Positions 57,200-64,000 of a stretch of 64,000 nucleotides of DNA are shown piece after piece. The stretch is from contig CAWBBV010000023.1 of NCBI GenBank assembly GCA_963787125.1, positions 96,001-160,000 of the forward strand. Reading direction: 5' to 3'. The notes beneath the pieces are model-generated. The model did no database searches. It was not told the origin of the DNA and saw only the letters and a list, made by a program, of their open reading frames with translations. This stretch comes from an uncultured delta proteobacterium. Its GTDB lineage: Bacteria > Desulfobacterota > Desulfuromonadia > Geobacterales > DSM-12255. Both the position numbers and the translations under genes were made by a program. Every line of letters starts with the position of its first letter. The stretch's first letter is position 1.

Positions 57200-57442
57200 T
57201 CAGGACGATTTCCCTTCGTCTGCATTCCCCAATTCAAACAGATACAACTCCTCAACCTTCTTCCGCGCCCAGGGGGTGCGGCGGAGGAATTTGAGACTGG
57301 ACTGCATGTCCGGGTTGGTGGTGAAGCATTTGATATCAATGGCCATCCCCATCCGTTCCCAGCCGTAATGCTCCACCAGCCTGGTGAGGATATTAACCAG
57401 CGTCAGGCCATGGAGCGGATCGCTGCTTTTCTTTTCGGTCAT
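57200..57442 (-). CDS. VF530/DUF2132 family protein
   Basis: DPLHGLTL...YGWE...SSLKFLRRTPWARKKVE. Confidence 0.9.
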   Translation of the reverse strand: MTEKKSSDPLHGLTLVNILTRLVEHYGWERMGMAIDIKCFTTNPDMQSSLKFLRRTPWARKKVEELYLFELGNADEGKSS

Positions 57443-57987
57443 TTCCCCATCCTTTTATAGTCGGCGATTTCAATACTGCTTTCCGGATAAAGCGGCCCGG
57501 CCAGCTCCAGCTGGGTCAGGTAGACGCGGGCATCAAACTCCAGCTGATGGTAAGCCGGCTCCATATGTTCACAGAGTCGGTAAAAGGCTTTGTCATGCTC
57601 CCGCTCTTTGAGGTGAGCCAGTTCGTGGACGACAATCATTTTTAGGAACTGCAGTGGTGCTTGGCGGAAAACCGCGCCGATTTTGATTTCATTCTTGGCC
57701 TTGAGTTTGCCCCCCTGCACTCTGGAGATAAAAGTATGCAGGCCGAGGGCGTTATTGAGGATATTGATCTTGCCGTCATAGGCAACCTTGCTTAAGGGCT
57801 GGGTATTACGGAGAAATTCGTTCTTGATCGCCACCGTATAATCGTAAAGCGCCCGGTCGGTCTTGATGTCATGAGTTACCGGATATTTGCCCAGAAGAAA
57901 GTCGGCCAGCCTGTTTTCAGTGGCCATTTGCCTTACCTGACCGGTCAGTTGGTCAGAATAGCCTGCCAGATATTTCATTTCGTGCAT
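57439..57987 (-). CDS. YgjP-like (DUF45/M48) metal-dependent hydrolase
   Basis: ISRVQGGKLKAK, VVHELAHLKE..H. Confidence 0.88.
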   Translation of the reverse strand: MHEMKYLAGYSDQLTGQVRQMATENRLADFLLGKYPVTHDIKTDRALYDYTVAIKNEFLRNTQPLSKVAYDGKINILNNALGLHTFISRVQGGKLKAKNEIKIGAVFRQAPLQFLKMIVVHELAHLKEREHDKAFYRLCEHMEPAYHQLEFDARVYLTQLELAGPLYPESSIEIADYKRMGK

Positions 57988-58140
57988 GGTACATCCTCTG
58001 CTGATTTTACCTGCTTGCTGATGGCGTCTGCCTGGTAATTAATAGCATATTTTACTAACTGATGCACGCAGTGAGACGGGCAGGTGTGTAACTAAACGCA
58101 CACCATTTAGCCTATTCCTTTATTTAAACCACCAATGGCT

Positions 58141-58222
58141 ATAACTCACAGATTATTATTTGCATTGCATAAAATAATCTACATGTTATTATAATCACAT
58201 AGTAAAATAATTCATAGGTTAT
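58141..58222. promoter_or_regulatory. Three ATAAY-N6-RTTAT operators at 33-bp spacing over a sigma70-like promoter
   Basis: 58141-58156, 58174-58189, 58207-58222; TTGCAT at 58165, TATAAT at 58190. Confidence 0.65.
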
Positions 58223-58226
58223 TTAT

Positions 58227-58712
58227 ATGCGCTCAAAATATAATCTCATAGCCCGTCAACAGCTCGACAGCACACTATCTGGCTATGCCACCTTGAAACA
58301 GAACTCACTTCCGGTTAAAGGCTGGATACGCGCCATCCGTGAAGCGCTCGGCATGTCTGGCAAGCAGCTGGCAAACCGCCTGAACGTCAGCCAGCCGCGT
58401 ATCCCAAGGCTGGAGCAGGATGAGCTGTCAGGAGTCGTCTCGCTGAAAACCATGCGCCAGGCTGCTGAAGCGATGGACTGCGTATTTGTCTACGCCATTG
58501 TTCCCCGCTCAACGCTGGAGGAAACCGTCAGGACACAGGCTCGCAAGGTTGCCGAATCCAGAATGCAGAGGGTGTCACACACCATGATGCTGGAAGCGCA
58601 AAATCTGTCAAACGAGGCACAACGGGCATCTATTGAAGCTGCTGTTGATGAGCTGGTGACAGAGATTCCGAAAGATCTTTGGGAACGGACTCCATATCTT
58701 CGACTATTCTGA
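58227..58712 (+). CDS. Mobile mystery protein A (XRE-type HTH)
   Basis: GWIRAIREALGMS..QLA, DCVFVYAIVP, VSHTMMLEAQ. Confidence 0.88.
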   Translation: MRSKYNLIARQQLDSTLSGYATLKQNSLPVKGWIRAIREALGMSGKQLANRLNVSQPRIPRLEQDELSGVVSLKTMRQAAEAMDCVFVYAIVPRSTLEETVRTQARKVAESRMQRVSHTMMLEAQNLSNEAQRASIEAAVDELVTEIPKDLWERTPYLRLF

Positions 58713-59277
58713 CGGGGCGACACCACTTGACGCCGATGAAGCGCAGGGGCTGCTTCTTTCCCATATCACCAGTCGGGGCGAGCTTGATCGCTTTGAACAG
58801 GAAAATATCAGCGAAGCGGAAGCGTGGGCATTTAGGCGCAAGCCGAAAGATATTCTTACGGTTGGCTTTATCAAGCGAGCGCACAAAAGGATGTTTGGTC
58901 ATATCTGGCGCTGGGCAGGAGAGAGGCGCAACAGCGGCAAGAATATTGGTGTCGCAACATGGCAGATAGAGGGCGATTTGCAGAATCTCTGCGCCGATTG
59001 CGCTGCCTGGATCGAATACCGCAGCTATCCGCCGGATGAGATTGCGGTACGTTTTCATCACCGACTTACCGCAATTCACCCATTTCCCAACGGCAACGGA
59101 CGACATGCGAGGCTGATGACTGATATATTGTTGGTTCATCTGCTTGGGCAGACACGCTTTACCTGGGGGAGTGAAAACCTGGTTAATGCCGGTGACTGTC
59201 GGCAACAGTATATCAACGCACTCCGCGCTGCCGACCGCCACGATTACAGCCTGCTGCTGGCATTTGTCCGGTCTTGA
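58681..59277 (+). CDS. Mobile mystery protein B (Fic domain); no canonical start at the expected position
   Basis: Frame reads DGATPLDADEAQGL..HITSRGELD..EQENI upstream of the tracked ORF; HPFPNGNGRHAR Fic motif. Confidence 0.8.
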   Translation, partial: GNGLHIFDYSDGATPLDADEAQGLLLSHITSRGELDRFEQENISEAEAWAFRRKPKDILTVGFIKRAHKRMFGHIWRWAGERRNSGKNIGVATWQIEGDLQNLCADCAAWIEYRSYPPDEIAVRFHHRLTAIHPFPNGNGRHARLMTDILLVHLLGQTRFTWGSENLVNAGDCRQQYINALRAADRHDYSLLLAFVRS

Positions 59278-59305
59278 ATTTAGACGGGATGTTAATTTGA
59301 AGCAA

Positions 59306-59416
59306 ATGGATAGTACCTTGACCCTCACCCACCAAACCCTCGAATTTCTTCGCCAAAACCACCCAGCCTGGCGGCTTATTTGCGCCGGTCATACGCCGCT
59401 GATTGCCAGCTTTTAG
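59306..59416 (+). pseudogene. N-terminal fragment resembling DUF3375 / Wadjet JetA
   Basis: TLEFLRQNHPAWRLICAGHTPLIASF then stop; matches the remembered 'LR..HPAWRLL....APL..SF' start of DUF3375. Confidence 0.6.
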
Positions 59417-59576
59417 CACCCGGCTTTGGGCGGTAGACGGGGAGATATGGCAGGCAGCATTGTTAATAAGGACATGACGCCGGTGTAGGGAGACATTGCT
59501 TAATTCCGCTGAAAAGTGTTAAGGTTATCAGGCTGGGGTAGGGTGGGATAACCGGCCGGATGGGCTGAGAAAACGA

Positions 59577-60299
59577 ATGAAACGATTGCTGTTCACCATA
59601 GCCATGCTTGCGTCCATTGCCTGGCGCTCTGAGAGCCGGGCGGATATTTACCGTTTTGACGGCGATGATGAGGTTGTCTATTTTTCCGACTCACCCAATG
59701 ACAAGCGCTACCAGCTGGTTATGAAAGAGCCGCAGAACCGCGCTGCCGTGAGCGGCAAGGGGAAGTCCCACCCTGTTGCGAAGCAGCCTGAAGCGCCACC
59801 AGTCCCGTCTGACAGCGACAGCTCCGCCAGGATCCTGCCGATAGACGGGGTCATAACATCAAGAACCGGTCTCAGGACAGACCCTTTCAACGGCAGGCTG
59901 ACACATCATAACGGCCTGGATATTGCCGCTCCAAGCGGCACGCCGGTAAAACCGGTGGCGGCAGGGACGGTTATTTTCAGCGGCTGGAAAGGCGGTTATG
60001 GTAATACGGTTATTCTGGATCATCATGACGGCATGGTAACCGTTTATGCGCACCATTCCAGTAACAGTGTCAGTGAGGGCGACAGCGTTGATGTGAACAG
60101 TGTCATTGCTCTGACCGGCTCTACCGGTCGTTCAACCGGCCCGCATCTGCATTTTGAGGCCTGGCAGAAGGGCAACAATATTACCGCTGATTTTATGCCG
60201 GGCGGCTTCTCGGGGAGTTCCGAAACCACGCTTGCCAAAGCTCCCATCCGTCGGCTGCTTCAGGATGACGGCACCCTTCTTTTTACCAATCTGCGCTGA
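59577..60299 (+). CDS. M23 family metallopeptidase with N-terminal DUF4124-like domain
   Basis: HNGLDIAA, YAH, GSTGRSTGPHLHFE. Confidence 0.9.
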   Translation: MKRLLFTIAMLASIAWRSESRADIYRFDGDDEVVYFSDSPNDKRYQLVMKEPQNRAAVSGKGKSHPVAKQPEAPPVPSDSDSSARILPIDGVITSRTGLRTDPFNGRLTHHNGLDIAAPSGTPVKPVAAGTVIFSGWKGGYGNTVILDHHDGMVTVYAHHSSNSVSEGDSVDVNSVIALTGSTGRSTGPHLHFEAWQKGNNITADFMPGGFSGSSETTLAKAPIRRLLQDDGTLLFTNLR

Positions 60300-60313
60300 G
60301 TTTTTTCAACAAA

Positions 60314-62320
60314 TCAAGGTCTGATCTCCGGAGGCGGCCCGTCTACGTCCGCTGACGGCACAATCTCCGGCAGTGGCTGCAAGGGCGCTCCCCCATGCTG
60401 GGGGCAACTGCTGGTCGGCTCGGTCCCTTTAAGGTAGAATTCATCTACTTTCTCCGGGCAGTCGGCGTTCGCTCTCAGGCCGCTAGCCGGGTCGATAGTG
60501 ATCTTGACAACCGTCTCCGGCTGAGGGAAGTCGAGAGCCGCTCTGGCGGCCAGTGCCGGTCGCATGAACTTCTCCCAGATCGGCGCAGCGACTCCGCCGC
60601 CGGTAAAGCCTTTGCCCCCGGGCTTTGGCTGGTCATAGCCCACCCAGATGCCGGTCACCACTTGCGGTGTATAGCCGATGAACCAGGCGTCGCGGTACTC
60701 ATCGGTCGTGCCGGTCTTCCCGGCTGCGGGGCGTTCACTGCTGAACTTTCTGAGCGATTTTGCTGTACCGTAGGTCATGACATCTTTGAGAATACTGGTG
60801 GTGATAAAGGCGGTTGCGGGCGAGAGCGCCGGGTTCACCATCGGTGGATTTTCTGCTGATGTCCGCCGGTTGCGGTCGTAGATGCGGATTATGAGCCGGG
60901 CTTCAGACCTTAGTCCGCCATTGGCCAGCGGGGTGTAGGCCTGCACCAGTTCCTGCAGGGTCACTTCTGCCGTCCCGAGTGCCAGGGAAAGATCATTTCT
61001 GGCCGTCAGGTTCAGCCCTGTTTTGGCGGCAAATTCAGTAAAATAGGGGATGCCGATGGTCTCCAGCAGTTTCACGGTAATCACATTGTTTGACAGGGCA
61101 AGAGCCCGTCTCAGGGTAAGGCTGCCGTACTGCTCGCGACCGTAATTCATGGGCGTCCATGAACTGCCGGTGCCGCTGCTGTAAGTGATCGGCGCATCAT
61201 TCCAGACGCTGGCGGCACTGATCCCTTTGTCCACTGCTGCGGCATAGATAAGTGGTTTGATAGCGGAACCGGGTTGACGCTTTGCGTATAGCGCCCGGTT
61301 ATAGCTGTTTTTGCCGGAATCAGTCCCGCCGACAAAAGCCAGCAGGTCACCGCTTGCCGTATCAAGGCATACGAGCGCACCCTGCAGCTTCGGCGATACC
61401 TTTTTAACCCCGTCACGCAGGGTGCGTTCTGCCAGTGTCTGCAGATTAAGATCCATCCCGGTGGCAATATCAAGCCCGCCGATTTCAATGATATCCTTGC
61501 CGAAGCGTTCGATCAGTTTGAGTTTGACATGGTTCAGATATTCCGGTGCCTGACCGGGCTGCATAAAGGTAACCCGCTGCGCCCGGAGCTGCTCTTTGTA
61601 GAGCGGGTTGATGGCATTGGTCTCTACCATTCGCTTCAGGACAACATCCCGCCGTAGAACAACTTTTTTCGACTCACCTAGTGGATTATAACGACCCGGA
61701 TTTTTCGGGATTCCTGCCAGCAGGGCGGACTCGGCGTCGCTTAGTTCATCGGGGTTTTTGTCAAAATAGATTCTGGCGGCCTGAGCTATCCCCCAGGCAC
61801 CATTGCCGTAGTAAATTTCATTAAAGTACATCTCCAGAATCTGCCTCTTGGTGTACTTTTGCTCGAATTCGACCGCCATCACCGCTTCATTGATTTTCCG
61901 GTCTATGGATTTCTCAGCGGTCAGGTATCTGTTTTTTATCAGCTGCTGGGTGATGGTCGAACCCCCTTCAGCCATTCGCCCTTTGACCACATTTTTTACC
62001 ATTGCCCTGGCTATGCCGCGCACATCGATGCCGCCATGCTCATAAAAACGGGCATCCTCCACCGCCACCAGCGCCTTCTGGAGAAAGACCGGAATCCGTT
62101 CAAGCGGCGTCCAGTAACGCACCTCCGGCATGATCCGACCCACATAGCGTCCTTCCCGGTCAAAGACTTTGATGGAGGAGTAGGCAGGGGGGAGGATAGG
62201 GTAGGTGGCGATTGCCTCAAGTGCCAGAGCTTTCGGGGCGAAACCGGTGATCAGGAGGAAGAAAAACAGAACTGAAAAAGAAAACTGTTTTCGAAAAATG
62301 GATGAAAAATGGACGATCAA
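60314..62320 (-). CDS. Class A penicillin-binding protein (PBP1A family)
   Basis: EDARFYEHGG, GGSTITQQL, RKINE, SAIK, SNN, KTGT. Confidence 0.93.
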   Translation of the reverse strand: MIVHFSSIFRKQFSFSVLFFFLLITGFAPKALALEAIATYPILPPAYSSIKVFDREGRYVGRIMPEVRYWTPLERIPVFLQKALVAVEDARFYEHGGIDVRGIARAMVKNVVKGRMAEGGSTITQQLIKNRYLTAEKSIDRKINEAVMAVEFEQKYTKRQILEMYFNEIYYGNGAWGIAQAARIYFDKNPDELSDAESALLAGIPKNPGRYNPLGESKKVVLRRDVVLKRMVETNAINPLYKEQLRAQRVTFMQPGQAPEYLNHVKLKLIERFGKDIIEIGGLDIATGMDLNLQTLAERTLRDGVKKVSPKLQGALVCLDTASGDLLAFVGGTDSGKNSYNRALYAKRQPGSAIKPLIYAAAVDKGISAASVWNDAPITYSSGTGSSWTPMNYGREQYGSLTLRRALALSNNVITVKLLETIGIPYFTEFAAKTGLNLTARNDLSLALGTAEVTLQELVQAYTPLANGGLRSEARLIIRIYDRNRRTSAENPPMVNPALSPATAFITTSILKDVMTYGTAKSLRKFSSERPAAGKTGTTDEYRDAWFIGYTPQVVTGIWVGYDQPKPGGKGFTGGGVAAPIWEKFMRPALAARAALDFPQPETVVKITIDPASGLRANADCPEKVDEFYLKGTEPTSSCPQHGGAPLQPLPEIVPSADVDGPPPEIRP

Positions 62321-62373
62321 ATTATCGATACTCCCTTTTTGCAGTGACTAAAAAAATGATACTACCGTGCTGA

Positions 62374-63582
62374 TTATTGGTGAATGTCCCTGAGCTGCTT
62401 CGTTACCTTTTCAACAATATAGGCGCTAATAGGAATGGCCGAAGTGGCCGCCGGTGACGGTGCATTGCAGACCGCCAGGGTGCGGCGGGTGTTGACAAAG
62501 AGGAAATCATGCACCATTTCGCCACTTCTGGTGACTGCCTGGGCGCGAATCCCTGCCGGGTAATCATGCAGATCGGCGACGGTCAGTTTTGGGCAGTATT
62601 TGCGCACCAGTTCCAGGTAGCCATTTTTGTCCAGGCTGTTCTTCAACTCTGTCAGGCTGACTTTGAAATAGGTAAGCAGCACCTTGATGAGCCCGGGATA
62701 GGTAAGTATTTCCAGGCTGTCCCGCAGGCTGAAATCCAGTCTGCCGTACCCCTCCCGCTTGAAGGCCAGCACAGCATTGGGGCCGACAGTTACGCTGCCG
62801 TCAATCATCCGGGTAAGATGAACGCCGAGAAAGGGGAGTTCCGGGTCGGGAATCGGGTAGATCAGGTGATTGACGATATTGTTGTGCTTCTCACCGAGGA
62901 GAAAGTAGTCGCCGCGGAAGGGTGCGATGATGAAGTCGGGTTCAATTCCCAGCATTCGTACTAAACGGTCAGCCATAACCCCGGCACAGGCCACCAGGAA
63001 CCGGCCTTCAAAGCTGCCGCCAGAGGTTCGCACGGTGATACTTTCCGGCTGCTCCTTGATCCCGCTGACTTCGTAGTTAAAGCGAATTTCTCCCCCGGCC
63101 TGCACCAGCTGTTCAGCCATTTTCACCGTGATTTCCGTATAACTGACAATGCCAGTCGACGGCACCAGCAGAGCGCCGAGTCCGGTGATATTCGGCTCGG
63201 CAGAGCGCAGCTCTTCGGCCGTCAGTACCTTTACGGGGATCTGATTCTCCCGGCAACGAATGATCAGCGCCTCCATCCGCGCCAGTTCCGCCTTGTCTGT
63301 CGCCACCAGCAACTTGCCACATTCAGCAAATTTGATCCCGTGCTCACGGCAAAAAGCTTTGGTTGCCAGGTTCCCTTCCCGGCAGAATTGTGCCTTCAGG
63401 CTCCCCGGCGCATAATAGACACCGGCATGAATCACCCCGGAGTTGCGCCCGGTTTGATGACAGGCAGGCCGATTCTCCTTTTCCAGTACCAGTACCGAGT
63501 GCCCTGGAAATTCCTGCTGCAGTTTCCGGGCAGTGGCGATACCGATAATGCCGGCACCGATGACAATAAAATCGAAGGTCAT
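62374..63582 (-). CDS. lhgO: L-2-hydroxyglutarate oxidase
   Basis: IGAGIIG, HQTGRNSGVIHAG, PFLGVH, NAPSPAATS. Confidence 0.92.
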   Translation of the reverse strand: MTFDFIVIGAGIIGIATARKLQQEFPGHSVLVLEKENRPACHQTGRNSGVIHAGVYYAPGSLKAQFCREGNLATKAFCREHGIKFAECGKLLVATDKAELARMEALIIRCRENQIPVKVLTAEELRSAEPNITGLGALLVPSTGIVSYTEITVKMAEQLVQAGGEIRFNYEVSGIKEQPESITVRTSGGSFEGRFLVACAGVMADRLVRMLGIEPDFIIAPFRGDYFLLGEKHNNIVNHLIYPIPDPELPFLGVHLTRMIDGSVTVGPNAVLAFKREGYGRLDFSLRDSLEILTYPGLIKVLLTYFKVSLTELKNSLDKNGYLELVRKYCPKLTVADLHDYPAGIRAQAVTRSGEMVHDFLFVNTRRTLAVCNAPSPAATSAIPISAYIVEKVTKQLRDIHQ

Positions 63583-63670
63583 GGTATGGATCCTCTTCAC
63601 CTGATAATGCTCTTGACCGTTAAATTACAGGGTGCTGACTTTGTAGCCGTTTTTGCCGCCGGCATCATGC

Positions 63671-64000
63671 TCACTTCCTGCCAAGAAATCTTGCTTCGAT
63701 GAAGCTTGCAACCATATCCGGTGAATTCAGGTCGAGAACCGGCACGTCAAGCTGTAGTGCCTCATCACTGGCAACGGCAATCAGGGTCGGATCGTGATTC
63801 TCCCCGCGGCAAAGCAACGTTTCACTCCGCTCTTTGCGATGCACCTCTATCTTTGGCAGGTCGCTCTGTTTAAAACCTTCGGTCAGAACCATATCCACAT
63901 CGGTGAAGTAGGTTGCAAGCAGCTCTCGTATCGGGGGGGCGGCCTGATGCTTCTTGACCAGGGCGAGTTTTTCCGGCGAAGTGATCAGCATGGTGTCGGC
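63671..64000 (-). CDS. mobB: Molybdopterin-guanine dinucleotide biosynthesis protein B (partial, start outside window)
   Basis: DMVLTEGFK..LPKIEVHR, IAVASD, LDLN. Confidence 0.85.
   Translation of the reverse strand, partial: ADTMLITSPEKLALVKKHQAAPPIRELLATYFTDVDMVLTEGFKQSDLPKIEVHRKERSETLLCRGENHDPTLIAVASDEALQLDVPVLDLNSPDMVASFIEARFLGRK

Overview
This is a chromosomal window that looks like a Geobacteraceae (Desulfuromonadia) genome, judged from gene content: nif/dra genes, an ETF-linked membrane Fe-S oxidoreductase, a multiheme porin-cytochrome cluster and hopanoid genes. (1) 1-19.7 kb is a nitrogen-fixation accessory region (fdxB, NifX-like, draT ... draG, nifB, GNAT, etfBA, Fe-S oxidoreductase). 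A roughly 10-kb accessory tract with a sedentary integron separates draT from draG. It contains a long IntI, a putative attI with six 18-bp repeats, an uncharacterised gene between intI and attI, and a first cassette whose attC is split by a class C group II intron with a frameshifted RT. It also carries a RAYT-type transposase with terminal inverted repeats, a HEPN Abi gene with a predicted divergent small RNA, yefM-yoeB, hicAB and remnants of further intron ends. (2) 19.8-33.4 kb holds stress, repair and housekeeping genes (DUF523/DUF1722, lipocalin, uvsE, pirin, tcdA, dtd, nfo, dapF, Rrf2, acyl-CoA ligase). (3) 33.8-42.8 kb is a predicted operon of porin, penta-/octa-/decaheme cytochromes and a four-FN3-domain lipoprotein. 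(4) 43-54.5 kb has rsmI and the shc-hpnA-dxs-hpnH cluster, interrupted by a block rich in REP-like palindromes (mazEF, DUF559, caspase-DUF1566 protein, YgiT zinc finger). (5) 54.6-64 kb is mostly housekeeping, plus a mobile mystery A/B pair with three phased operators and a probable Wadjet jetA stub. No rRNA, tRNA or CRISPR array was recognised. All calls come from motif recognition by eye, without database searches.
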